From an uncultured Nitrososphaerota archaeon (GTDB lineage: Archaea > Korarchaeota > Korarchaeia > Korarchaeales > Korarchaeaceae), in NCBI GenBank assembly GCA_964594835.1, contig CAZQNA010000008.1:1-64000 (forward strand): a stretch of DNA of 64,000 nucleotides. The letters are read 5' to 3'. Positions 27,568 through 40,800 of the stretch are shown here, piece after piece; positions within the stretch are counted from its first letter, which is position 1, and each line of letters opens with the position of its first letter. A model generated the notes under the pieces. It was given only the letters and a program-made list of their open reading frames with translations. It was not told the origin of the DNA and did no database searches. Position numbers and translations under genes: made by a program.

Positions 27568-28584
27568 ATGTGGGTTGAGGTGAGAGCTAGGCCCATCGAG
27601 CCCCTCATGCTGAGGGGCCCGGGAGAGTTTCATGTCGGAGCGGGCTCCTGGCTCAGCCCACTCCCGCTCCCCCTCCCGACCACCGTGTGCGGCGCCGCGG
27701 GAGCCATCGGATGGGTGATCTCAGGCAGACAGAGCCTCATCTACCCGAGCAGGTGGGAGAGGCTCCTTGACAACCTTGCTAGGTTCCTCGGGGTCGAGCG
27801 CGTGGAGGCTGTCAGGGGGCCCTACCTAGTGACCGAGCAGGGTGTGTGGATCTCCGCGTGGAATGGAGTCGTTAGATTCGATCCAAGGGAGCTGAGGAAG
27901 AGGATACTAGACTTCTCGGCAGGAAAGTGGGAGAAGAAGAGAGAGGACGAGCTGTTCGTCCCGGTCCTGAAGTTCAGCTCTCGGAGAATAGGAATATCTC
28001 TACAGAGGGGTGGCAAGACCGCTAGGAGGGGCTTCATCTACTCTGCTCCCTACGTCAACTACATGAGCGTCTGGAGAGAGCCAGCGATATGTGTGGATGT
28101 GAAGGTGAGCGGGGCGGAAGAGAGATTTGAGCAGAGGAAGTCTGTCTGCAGGCTGGGTGGAGAGGGGAGGAAGGCAATCGTGGAGTCTAGGAACAGGTCT
28201 ACCCTGAGAGACCTGCTTTGGAAAGCGTGGAGTGGGAGAAAAGGAGGGAGGGCCGCCGCGATCCTCCTCTCGCCCATGATACTCGAGGGACAGCCGAGGA
28301 ACCCAGAGAGCCTTATAGACGAGGCCATTCGAGTGGTTGAGAGCATAGACTCAATTGATTCCGTAGAGGGGATTCTGCCCGTGCACAGGGGCGGGAGGGT
28401 CACCATAAGCGTTCTCCAGCTCGGGTATGATGAGGTCGCTCGCAGAAGAGCTGGGTTTAAGGCGGTGGTTCTCCCAGGGGCGGCGTTCGTGTGCGAGGTG
28501 AAGGACTGGGAGTCTGTTTACGGGTTCTCTGGGGCTCCGCAGGAGAGGGTGGGATTCGGCTCTCTGGCCCCAATACCCCTGTAG
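27568..28584 (+). CDS. cmr3: Type III-B RAMP Cmr3
   Basis: PIEPLMLRGPGEF, PLPTTVCGA, RIGISL, RLGGEGR, ERVGFG. Confidence 0.93.
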   Translation: MWVEVRARPIEPLMLRGPGEFHVGAGSWLSPLPLPLPTTVCGAAGAIGWVISGRQSLIYPSRWERLLDNLARFLGVERVEAVRGPYLVTEQGVWISAWNGVVRFDPRELRKRILDFSAGKWEKKREDELFVPVLKFSSRRIGISLQRGGKTARRGFIYSAPYVNYMSVWREPAICVDVKVSGAEERFEQRKSVCRLGGEGRKAIVESRNRSTLRDLLWKAWSGRKGGRAAAILLSPMILEGQPRNPESLIDEAIRVVESIDSIDSVEGILPVHRGGRVTISVLQLGYDEVARRRAGFKAVVLPGAAFVCEVKDWESVYGFSGAPQERVGFGSLAPIPL

Positions 28585-28593
28585 AGGCCCCCA

Positions 28594-28608
28594 CTTCTTT
28601 TTTTCTTA
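28594..28608 (+). terminator. T-tract terminator of the cmr operon
   Basis: CTTCTTTTTTTCTT about 10 nt after the cmr3 stop. Confidence 0.55.
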
Positions 28609-28817
28609 CCGCAGAGAACTGTTTCTCGTGGGTAAACCCTCAATTCAACGTTATGTGACGCGTGATGTGGATTGGGGGGCAAGGGAATGTGTCTAGCGAA
28701 CCCACAGGCGAAATGGCTGGGTGAGACGTTGGGGAATACGAGTGCAGGAGATGCGGAAACCTCGTGGGGTAGCTTGGTCGGACGGTGCAGGTGGGCGCCC
28801 AAGCCCAGATCGAGGCG

Positions 28818-31800
28818 CTTTCAATCTCTGCCCTCAGAGGGCTCTGATTGCTTCGCTCTTGCTTTGACTCCGACTGTCTATGATTTCCTCAATCCTTTCA
28901 ATCTCTGCCCTCAGAGGGCTCTGATTGCTTCAGCAGGGGCCTCCCTCCCCTCCCGCCACTTTACCACGGCCACAACTTTCAATCTCTGCCCTCAGAGGGC
29001 TCTGATTGCTTCTTCGTCGTGCCACAGTCTCTTCACAAGCCCCTCCCAAGAGGGCTTTCAATCTCTGCCCTCAGAGGGCTCTGATTGCTTCCAATGAGTC
29101 GGGATCTGGTGGCTGACTTCGAGTCTTGGCTGCTTTCAATCTCTGCCCTCAGAGGGCTCTGATTGCTTCCTTCTCGTCCAACAGCTCCTCCAACCCCGAG
29201 AGCCCGGGGTAAACTTTCAATCTCTGCCCTCAGAGGGCTCTGATTGCTTCTGCGATCTCGGTGCCAGGGGCCTCTACTGGCCCGAGGTCGCGCTTTCAAT
29301 CTCTGCCCTCAGAGGGCTCTGATTGCTTCCCCGTAATCGTCAAGGCCCAGCCGGGCCGGCTCCGTGATCTGGTCGCTTTCAATCTCTGCCCTCAGAGGGC
29401 TCTGATTGCTTCTCTAGCGGAGATAGCAGGGTCGGCTTTGGCGGCAGGTACCTTTCAATCTCTGCCCTCAGAGGGCTCTGATTGCTTCGTTCGAGGTCAT
29501 CCTCCAGCGGCGCCATGAGATCACCCTCTTTCAATCTCTGCCCTCAGAGGGCTCTGATTGCTTCGTTCGAGGTCATCCTCCAGCGGCGCCATGAGATCAC
29601 CCTCTTTCAATCTCTGCCCTCAGAGGGCTCTGATTGCTTCGTGACTGGCCTCTCCGGCCCTCTGAAGAAGTACCAGGTCAACGGCTTTCAATCTCTGCCC
29701 TCAGAGGGCTCTGATTGCTTCGGTCTAGTCAACCTGATCTCTGGAATTCCGAGGCTGGCCTTTGCCTCTTTCAATCTCTGCCCTCAGAGGGCTCTGATTG
29801 CTTCAAATGAGGGGATCTAACACAAAGTCAGCCACCTCAGGCACTTTCAATCTCTGCCCTCAGAGGGCTCTGATTGCTTCAAGCTCCACGTAACTGGGTG
29901 CGAGACGTACACGTGGGCAGTGAGAAACTTTCAATCTCTGCCCTCAGAGGGCTCTGATTGCTTCGAGTGCGAGGGCGTCGTGCGGGATATAGTAGAGCCC
30001 TTTCAATCTCTGCCCTCAGAGGGCTCTGATTGCTTCACGGGCGCCGGGGCGGGCAGCAGGGCGACCACCAGCAGGCCTTTCAATCTCTGCCCTCAGAGGG
30101 CTCTGATTGCTTCGGCCGGGGAGTGTGCCTTTTGGCTGGAGGAAATCGCTTTCGTACTTTCAATCTCTGCCCTCAGAGGGCTCTGATTGCTTCCTACGAC
30201 TTCGAAGGAAGTCATATCCCGACGAACTTCTACAAGAACCCTTTCAATCTCTGCCCTCAGAGGGCTCTGATTGCTTCATGACGGCACTGCAAAGACCATT
30301 GGAGCGTTTTTACCCTTTCAATCTCTGCCCTCAGAGGGCTCTGATTGCTTCCTTGTGGTCGCGGTGGACGCTTCGGGCCTCACGGGGACGGCACACGCCT
30401 CTTTCAATCTCTGCCCTCAGAGGGCTCTGATTGCTTCCCTAGGCAATCCCACCCAGCCCGATAACTTCGACTACGTGGCGATCTTTCAATCTCTGCCCTC
30501 AGAGGGCTCTGATTGCTTCGATGAGTGCAAGCTCCGCCGGATAGCGTCAAGCAAATCTCCCTATCACTTTCAATCTCTGCCCTCAGAGGGCTCTGATTGC
30601 TTCCTCGAGCTGCTCGCCGAGGCCGACCTCAAACCAACCCCCCGCCTTTCAATCTCTGCCCTCAGAGGGCTCTGATTGCTTCTATCTTCTCAGGGCGGCG
30701 AAGGCACAGATGAGCCGGGGCCCCGACTTTCAATCTCTGCCCTCAGAGGGCTCTGATTGCTTCTCCGCCAGCCCGGCCTTGAACACAATTTTGTGTATCA
30801 CGTCCTCTTTCAATCTCTGCCCTCAGAGGGCTCTGATTGCTTCTGATCGAGGCGCTTGAGGAGGAGGCCCCGGACGTCGACTTTCAATCTCTGCCCTCAG
30901 AGGGCTCTGATTGCTTCTCCGCCAGCCCGGCCTTGAACACAATTTTGTGTATCACGTCCTCTTTCAATCTCTGCCCTCAGAGGGCTCTGATTGCTTCTGA
31001 TCGAGGCGCTTGAGGAGGAGGCCCCGGACGTCGACTTTCAATCTCTGCCCTCAGAGGGCTCTGATTGCTTCGAGGTCAGGAGGGAGAAGGCCCAGGTCGC
31101 CAGGGTCTACCGGGCCGCTTTCAATCTCTGCCCTCAGAGGGCTCTGATTGCTTCGCGGTGAGGGAGTGGGTCGAGGAGGCCATCGACCTCGGTCTCCTGA
31201 CCCACTTTCAATCTCTGCCCTCAGAGGGCTCTGATTGCTTCAAAGATCAGAGAGGAGGTTAGGGAGCTCCGCCGGGAGATCACTTTCAATCTCTGCCCTC
31301 AGAGGGCTCTGATTGCTTCCAATTCGTGGAGATTCATCGAGCTGGCGTCCAGGATGTGCCCTTTCAATCTCTGATTGCTTCATTAGAAATGAGATTTAAC
31401 GATGCTTATCCATTGGCTGCATGGGTCTTTCAATCTCTGCCCTCAGAGGGCTCTGATTGCTTCTTCATTAAGGCTCCAAAGAATTTATGAAAATGATATT
31501 GAATGGATAACTTTCAATCTCTGCCCTCAGAGGGCTCTGATTGCTTCCCGCGTGCTCCTCTGGCGCTACGCAGAGGCTAAAGAATGGACGCTTTCAATCT
31601 CTGCCCTCAGAGGGCTCTGATTGCTTCTTATGAGAGATCTGAGGAATCTTCCTACAGTTGAAGGCATCACTCTTTCAATCTCTGCCCTCAGAGGGCTCTG
31701 ATTGCTTCGTGCTGGCCACCTGCACCAAGAAGACCGCCACCGAGGCCACTTTCAATCTCTGCCCTCAGAGGGCTCTGATTGCTTCCACATGTGAAAAGAA

Positions 31801-34800
31801 GCAATAAAATGAGGAATGGTCTGGGAACTTTCAATCTCTGCCCTCAGAGGGCTCTGATTGCTTCGATTGATCTATGAGACTCAGCAAGGTCTGGGTTCAG
31901 GCACGCGCGAAGCCCTTTCAATCTCTGCCCTCAGAGGGCTCTGATTGCTTCGGACGGCAGAGTTCACACGGTCTGGCAGGAAAAGGCATACGCGGCTTTC
32001 AATCTCTGCCCTCAGAGGGCTCTGATTGCTTCCCTCCGGCGCCACGGTGTAGCCCGCTATCTCCACCATGCTTTCAATCTCTGCCCTCAGAGGGCTCTGA
32101 TTGCTTCCTGGGGTCGCTGTCTCATGGTATAGTTGGAGCCGCCCGCCTTTACTTTCAATCTCTGCCCTCAGAGGGCTCTGATTGCTTCAGGGGTGGCAAG
32201 CGCAGAGTTTGGTATTTCCTCGCGGTCGATACTTTCAATCTCTGCCCTCAGAGGGCTCTGATTGCTTCATAAGACGGAGGGCGCGGCTCCGGTCGCAAAG
32301 GTCGCTTTCAATCTCTGCCCTCAGAGGGCTCTGATTGCTTCCCTTTAGGGCGGGCGGGCGGCGACCGACGTCAACGAGCGCCTTTACTTTCAATCTCTGC
32401 CCTCAGAGGGCTCTGATTGCTTCCTCTACAGGTTCGTGGTTGCCAAGAGAATCAGGGACAAGAGCGCTTTCAATCTCTGCCCTCAGAGGGCTCTGATTGC
32501 TTCGAATTCACGGACGGAATCATGATCATGAATTTCTGAAAGCAGTATCTTTCAATCTCTGCCCTCAGAGGGCTCTGATTGCTTCATCTCTCCGATCCAA
32601 TTCTTTACTCCGCTTTGGGCTTGGGAGTTTGCTTTCAATCTCTGCCCTCAGAGGGCTCTGATTGCTTCGACGGTCGCGAGAAAGGTTATGACGGCTATAT
32701 CGACCTCCAACTTTCAATCTCTGCCCTCAGAGGGCTCTGATTGCTTCTCATGCTCGACATGAACATCCACGAGATCGGGAGAGACTATCGCTTTCAATCT
32801 CTGCCCTCAGAGGGCTCTGATTGCTTCTCGCATTCCGCCGTCATCGTTGAGTTTAGCCATAGGTATGCCCTTTCAATCTCTGCCCTCAGAGGGCTCTGAT
32901 TGCTTCAACCGGGTAAGTCCTCTCGGCAAGGCTCTCCTCAAGGTATTCGACTTTCAATCTCTGCCCTCAGAGGGCTCTGATTGCTTCATTGGCGTCAATC
33001 GTGATCTTTGCCTTGACGATGTCCGGCTCTTTCAATCTCTGCCCTCAGAGGGCTCTGATTGCTTCAGGCGAGAACACCTGGGACTTCTTCGATGACCTCG
33101 AGGACCTTTCAATCTCTGCCCTCAGAGGGCTCTGATTGCTTCGGCCACCTACAGCAGCGCCAGTGGCCTGTACGAGGTCCTTTCAATCTCTGCCCTCAGA
33201 GGGCTCTGATTGCTTCGCTTCCGGAGACGTTCAGGTAGAGGATCGAAGAAGTCCACCCAGACGCCTTTCAATCTCTGCCCTCAGAGGGCTCTGATTGCTT
33301 CCTTCCAGCAGACCAGTAGGTAAGAGAAGGTGTCATCCCAGATCCTCAGCCTTTCAATCTCTGCCCTCAGAGGGCTCTGATTGCTTCGAAATTTGGCTCG
33401 CTCGACGCATCGCCGCCCGCCTCTACTTAGCCTTTCAATCTCTGCCCTCAGAGGGCTCTGATTGCTTCCGGGGACGAGTCCGGTCTCTTGGAAGAATTCC
33501 TTGGCAAGATCTTTCAATCTCTGCCCTCAGAGGGCTCTGATTGCTTCTTGGATAAGGAGTCCAAGAAGCAGGAATAGTGTGCCACGAGCTTTCAATCTCT
33601 GCCCTCAGAGGGCTCTGATTGCTTCGAAGAGAGGGGGAGCTATGTCGTCCCCGGCGTGCCCGCTTTCAATCTCTGCCCTCAGAGGGCTCTGATTGCTTCC
33701 AAAGGGTTAAAGTATGTCCGAGCGCTCGTCGAGGCGACCGCTTTCAATCTCTGCCCTCAGAGGGCTCTGATTGCTTCTCACTCCGCCAACCCGTTGATTC
33801 CAAGGGTGGGAACCGCTTTCAATCTCTGCCCTCAGAGGGCTCTGATTGCTTCCACAAGAGGCCCGATTTCGCGCCGGAGAGGTTCAGGGTTCTTTCAATC
33901 TCTGCCCTCAGAGGGCTCTGATTGCTTCTAATCCTCGCTCACGACCCCACCGCGTTCAGGAACGCCACTTTCAATCTCTGCCCTCAGAGGGCTCTGATTG
34001 CTTCCAGATCATAGCCCTGCTGTACTTCACCGCAGAGTTGACGAGCGCTTTCAATCTCTGCCCTCAGAGGGCTCTGATTGCTTCGATGTGCCGGCGGGCA
34101 CCGATCCGCACGTTGCGTGGGTGATCACTTTCAATCTCTGCCCTCAGAGGGCTCTGATTGCTTCATAGTGGTCATAAGACTCGCCGGTGCCGGCTGGCTC
34201 TGCGCGCTTTCAATCTCTGCCCTCAGAGGGCTCTGATTGCTTCGACGGCGAGCGTGGACAGATAATCACGGTGAACGTCGAGACCTTTCAATCTCTGCCC
34301 TCAGAGGGCTCTGATTGCTTCGCTGGGGAACTTGCAGAGGTTAAGATCCCAGCCAAGAAGATCACTTTCAATCTCTGCCCTCAGAGGGCTCTGATTGCTT
34401 CGAGGAGTGGCGCCCCGCAGTGGTGTGGCGCACTCTCAGGCGTTCACTTTCAATCTCTGCCCTCAGAGGGCTCTGATTGCTTCCCGCCGAGGCCATCATC
34501 GCCCTCCTCCAGGATGGGGAGGAGCTTTCAATCTCTGCCCTCAGAGGGCTCTGATTGCTTCAATCTCAACGCAGTAAGGCGCGAACTCAGCAACCTCGTG
34601 AAGGCCTTTCAATCTCTGCCCTCAGAGGGCTCTGATTGCTTCGCGGCGGACCATGTTGGCAAGGAATGCTTCGATTCTTTCTTTCAATCTCTGCCCTCAG
34701 AGGGCTCTGATTGCTTCGCAGCGCAAGCAAATCGCGATAGTACCCGACCCCGACGGCTTTCAATCTCTGCCCTCAGAGGGCTCTGATTGCTTCGCGATGC

Positions 34801-37800
34801 AGGCTGGGCCTCACATCGAGGTCGTCCAGCACGGGATCCTCTTTCAATCTCTGCCCTCAGAGGGCTCTGATTGCTTCCGCAAGAGAGGGAAGGAACGTGG
34901 ATAGTGTGCGACGGGATATCTTTCAATCTCTGCCCTCAGAGGGCTCTGATTGCTTCATGAAGGCCTGCCTGACCTGCCGACCAAGAGGCGTCTCCGCTCT
35001 TTCAATCTCTGCCCTCAGAGGGCTCTGATTGCTTCAAAACTTTCAGGAGCAGGGCCGCGTGGTGAAAGTTTCCTTTCAATCTCTGCCCTCAGAGGGCTCT
35101 GATTGCTTCGAGAGAGGATAATAGAAGTCTTAGATGAAGAGGGGCCCCTGACTGCAACTTTCAATCTCTGCCCTCAGAGGGCTCTGATTGCTTCCTCCGA
35201 TTTTCTTTTGAACCTCTGGCGCTCGGAGCTAAAGAGGCTCCCTTTCAATCTCTGCCCTCAGAGGGCTCTGATTGCTTCTCTTAGGGTTTCAGAGCTATAT
35301 GATCACTTAGTGGAATTTCAAAATCGCCTTTCAATCTCTGCCCTCAGAGGGCTCTGATTGCTTCGGCAGTCTGACAGGATATCTGACACGTAGTCTGACA
35401 ATCGAGAGCTTTCAATCTCTGCCCTCAGAGGGCTCTGATTGCTTCAAGGGTGGCGGCATCAAAGCAGCGGCGCGCATCCTCATAGTTATCAACTTTCAAT
35501 CTCTGCCCTCAGAGGGCTCTGATTGCTTCCTTGGACGCGACGAGAGTGCCATTGGGATCAACCGTAACCCCTTTCAATCTCTGCCCTCAGAGGGCTCTGA
35601 TTGCTTCAGGAAAGTTTGTTCATACGGGTGACTTGTTTGGGAGGGCCTTTCAATCTCTGCCCTCAGAGGGCTCTGATTGCTTCTTGGCGTCATAAGGACG
35701 TCTGATTGGATTTCTCCTAAGAGCTTTCAATCTCTGCCCTCAGAGGGCTCTGATTGCTTCGGCCGTCGGGTCGGTGTATGGGATCTTCCGGCCGGTTCTT
35801 TCAATCTCTGCCCTCAGAGGGCTCTGATTGCTTCGACTTGCTCTGGCTCTGCGTAGTGAACCGCGATCACGGCGGCGCACTTTCAATCTCTGCCCTCAGA
35901 GGGCTCTGATTGCTTCACCAAACGAGATACAGCCAGATCCCTCTGGAACTGAGCTGGCTTTCAATCTCTGCCCTCAGAGGGCTCTGATTGCTTCTGAAGT
36001 CTACGTTCAGACTGGCAGGGAGTGTGATGTCAGAATCCTTTCAATCTCTGCCCTCAGAGGGCTCTGATTGCTTCCACCACGCTCTACGAGGCGGTGTTTA
36101 ACGTCTCAGATGGCACTCTTTCAATCTCTGCCCTCAGAGGGCTCTGATTGCTTCGGCGGGCGGGCCGATCGACGTCGGCGCGCCGCACCCGGCTTTCAAT
36201 CTCTGCCCTCAGAGGGCTCTGATTGCTTCGCGTGATAGGTCCCGGTCCACTGCCCTGAAATCCTGAATGGATCCCCTTTCAATCTCTGCCCTCAGAGGGC
36301 TCTGATTGCTTCTGATACCATATATGAACTCATGCTACGTCACCAATAACTGGCTGACCTTTCAATCTCTGCCCTCAGAGGGCTCTGATTGCTTCCCATA
36401 ATTCTCAGGTTCACGGAGGACAGCGTCTCTAACAGCTTTCAATCTCTGCCCTCAGAGGGCTCTGATTGCTTCTGACACTGCCAACTATAGCTCGGTGCAG
36501 TTCAAGCTGCCGCTTTCAATCTCTGCCCTCAGAGGGCTCTGATTGCTTCTAGGCCTCACCCCACCAAGAACATTAGGAGGAGGGGATCTTTCAATCTCTG
36601 CCCTCAGAGGGCTCTGATTGCTTCATAGAGGAGAAGGGGTCCCCCGAGGAGGGTGGCCCAGAGGGTTTTCCTACTCTTTCAATCTCTGCCCTCAGAGGGC
36701 TCTGATTGCTTCCGTACGCCTTGTGCCACGACCCGGCGGGGATTGTCATCTTTCAATCTCTGCCCTCAGAGGGCTCTGATTGCTTCGAATTGCTCCCCAG
36801 TAATGCGATCCATCCAAGTGGAAGAGACGCCTTTCAATCTCTGCCCTCAGAGGGCTCTGATTGCTTCTGCTGACGCTTTACACCGCCAGCAACGAGATCT
36901 CAACGGACGCTTTCAATCTCTGCCCTCAGAGGGCTCTGATTGCTTCGGGGAGGTTTGGATCGATAAAAACCCGGTCGTCCCCGCCGTTTTCGCTTTCAAT
37001 CTCTGCCCTCAGAGGGCTCTGATTGCTTCCCGGTCGGTCAGGGGCGCGGCGACCACGTCGCCCGACCTGGTTTTCTTTCAATCTCTGCCCTCAGAGGGCT
37101 CTGATTGCTTCGGGGGCCCGGCCGTGGGGTGAGCGGTAAGCCCGCCCCCGCTTTCAATCTCTGCCCTCAGAGGGCTCTGATTGCTTCCTGACTGGGAGGC
37201 TGATGAGGCTTGACAGAGGAGCTCTACGTGATCGCTTTCAATCTCTGCCCTCAGAGGGCTCTGATTGCTTCCTCCTCATGCTCTCACCTCCTCTTGAAGC
37301 CTCCAAGTGCTGCGCTTTCAATCTCTGCCCTCAGAGGGCTCTGATTGCTTCAAGTTTCACAGAGCTCGTTAGGGTTGCCCTGCATGACTATCCTTTCAAT
37401 CTCTGCCCTCAGAGGGCTCTGATTGCTTCGTCATAGCAGCCTTCAGGACTGATAAGACCAACAGCATTCTATACCTTTCAATCTCTGCCCTCAGAGGGCT
37501 CTGATTGCTTCATCGTCAAGCCTCCTGCCATTGTCGTCTGAGGACCCCAGAGCACAGCTTTCAATCTCTGCCCTCAGAGGGCTCTGATTGCTTCGCTTAT
37601 CGCCCATTATCCGCCCATCGCTTGCCACGTCCACGATCACTTTCAATCTCTGCCCTCAGAGGGCTCTGATTGCTTCAGGGCAACGGCGAACCCAAATAGG
37701 GGCCCGCCGCCGCTCCCTTTCAATCTCTGCCCTCAGAGGGCTCTGATTGCTTCTCGGAACCAAGACCGGATACCTCGGCTTTAGGAGCAGCGGACTTTCA

Positions 37801-40800
37801 ATCTCTGCCCTCAGAGGGCTCTGATTGCTTCGAGCGCATTTTAATCAGGCTCCCACTCCATGAATCCAATCATCCTTTCAATCTCTGCCCTCAGAGGGCT
37901 CTGATTGCTTCAGGAAAGTCCGCTGGCACGGAGAGTATTACATCATAACGGATGCTTTCAATCTCTGCCCTCAGAGGGCTCTGATTGCTTCGACTTCACA
38001 ATTCAGGTCAGGAATTGGACGGACGCCGACGATCTTTCAATCTCTGCCCTCAGAGGGCTCTGATTGCTTCAGGGCCACGAAGGGCTTAGCCGTGGCGACC
38101 CTTGTGTCTTTCAATCTCTGCCCTCAGAGGGCTCTGATTGCTTCGAGAAGTATGGCCTGGAACGAATCTAATGTATCTCCCGCCTCTGCTTTCAATCTCT
38201 GCCCTCAGAGGGCTCTGATTGCTTCCTACTCGAACTCCGCGGGGAGCCTCCAGGTCACCTACCTCTTCACTTTCAATCTCTGCCCTCAGAGGGCTCTGAT
38301 TGCTTCGTTCATCAAGGCCGGGAGCTACGCTCCCACGATACTCCTCAGCTACCTTTCAATCTCTGCCCTCAGAGGGCTCTGATTGCTTCAATCAGGCTTA
38401 AAGTTAGGCTATATTGGCACAGCATAAGGTGCCCCGCACTTTCAATCTCTGCCCTCAGAGGGCTCTGATTGCTTCACAAGGGCAGGGAGTGGAATCAAGG
38501 TAGCGGGCCTCGGCCTCTTTCAATCTCTGCCCTCAGAGGGCTCTGATTGCTTCTTGTGCAGAGGCGGTTAATAGCCTCCTCCCTTCTTAACTTTCAATCT
38601 CTGCCCTCAGAGGGCTCTGATTGCTTCTATGCTAGAGAAAAACAGAGAGAATTGTTTGAGATGATACTCAACTTTCAATCTCTGCCCTCAGAGGGCTCTG
38701 ATTGCTTCGCTGGGTGGGTTAGCGTCCCCCCGGAGGGAGACGCCGAAGTCTCTTTCAATCTCTGCCCTCAGAGGGCTCTGATTGCTTCCGCGGCGGGGGG
38801 AAGTTGAAAGGAAGAAGAAAGAAAGTATCTTTCAATCTCTGCCCTCAGAGGGCTCTGATTGCTTCTGATGGAGCAGGAGTCAGAGAGGTTCAAGATCCTG
38901 CCCTACAAGCACCTTTCAATCTCTGCCCTCAGAGGGCTCTGATTGCTTCACCTGCACGCCATAGCTCACGAATATCAGGTTCAGCGTGCCGTCTTTCAAT
39001 CTCTGCCCTCAGAGGGCTCTGATTGCTTCGACAGTCGCAACGCGTTCCCAATTTTCTCCATGCTTGTTGGAATCTTTCAATCTCTGCCCTCAGAGGGCTC
39101 TGATTGCTTCGATCTTCAGGGAATAAGCCAGAAGGTAAACATAACCGTTGGAGAGGCTTTCAATCTCTGCCCTCAGAGGGCTCTGATTGCTTCGTCCTCG
39201 GGGTTCGTTATGGGGTTAACGCCCTGGATCACTTTCAATCTCTGCCCTCAGAGGGCTCTGATTGCTTCATTGCGACATTCTCGAGAACCCATGGATCCAC
39301 CCTCTCCCACCACTTTCAATCTCTGCCCTCAGAGGGCTCTGATTGCTTCCCAGATGCCCAAGACTGGAGGCCTGAAGGTGGGCGCTTTCAATCTCTGCCC
39401 TCAGAGGGCTCTGATTGCTTCGAGACCTTGTGGAAGAAAGATGGGAGATCATCAGAGCGCTGAATGCTTTCAATCTCTGCCCTCAGAGGGCTCTGATTGC
39501 TTCGCAGCCACCAGCGTGGATCTCCCGCCCAGGTCGATGCTTTCAATCTCTGCCCTCAGAGGGCTCTGATTGCTTCTTGGTAACGCTCGCCTTGGCTGAA
39601 GTTGGAAAACTCGCAGACTCCCCTTTCAATCTCTGCCCTCAGAGGGCTCTGATTGCTTCGGGAGCTCACGGACGGATCAGACGACGGGGAGCTCCCGCCC
39701 GCCGCCTCTTTCAATCTCTGCCCTCAGAGGGCTCTGATTGCTTCATTGGGTTAACGCCCTGATCGAGGGCGTTAACCCCATAACTTTCAATCTCTGCCCT
39801 CAGAGGGCTCTGATTGCTTCCCGTGAGCTCCCCGGCCTCTAATGGGGCCGGTCTTGTCCCCGATTCTTTCAATCTCTGCCCTCAGAGGGCTCTGATTGCT
39901 TCGCTGAAATGAAGAAAAGGGGGGAGGATATCGATATTGAGAGGATCACTTTCAATCTCTGCCCTCAGAGGGCTCTGATTGCTTCACAACACCAATTTAA
40001 AGATAAGGTATGAAAAATATTCTTTCAATCTCTGCCCTCAGAGGGCTCTGATTGCTTCTCGTCGCGGACCCAAAACCTAAAGACTGAGAAGGTGGGGGGC
40101 CACAATACTTTCAATCTCTGCCCTCAGAGGGCTCTGATTGCTTCAAGGTGTGGGGCGTGACCCTCTTCTGAATGCCCGCCCTTCTGGCTTTCAATCTCTG
40201 CCCTCAGAGGGCTCTGATTGCTTCGGGATGGTATAGGGCCGCGTTACCCCAACCTTCCCCAGATCCCACCCATCTTTCAATCTCTGCCCTCAGAGGGCTC
40301 TGATTGCTTCCAGCAGCGCGGCGATGGCTTGGAACTCCACCAGCGAGAGGTCTTTCAATCTCTGCCCTCAGAGGGCTCTGATTGCTTCGTCAAAGAGGTC
40401 TAGGACTCTGGATGCAAAGAGCAGGGCCACTTTCAATCTCTGCCCTCAGAGGGCTCTGATTGCTTCGTACAAGTTCCTCCCCTTCAAGATGATCTCGGGA
40501 ATCTTTCAATCTCTGCCCTCAGAGGGCTCTGATTGCTTCCTGGCTCATACTCGCCTACGTGAAATCGGGCGTAACCACGAGCGTAATCTTTCAATCTCTG
40601 CCCTCAGAGGGCTCTGATTGCTTCCTCGGGAATAGGCGAGCAGATTCTAGCATTCAAGGCGGAGGCGCACTACACTTTCAATCTCTGCCCTCAGAGGGCT
40701 CTGATTGCTTCGTTGTTCAGTATCAGCTGGAAGCTGTCCATGGTTGCGGCGCTTTCAATCTCTGCCCTCAGAGGGCTCTGATTGCTTCCTTTTTGCGTTA

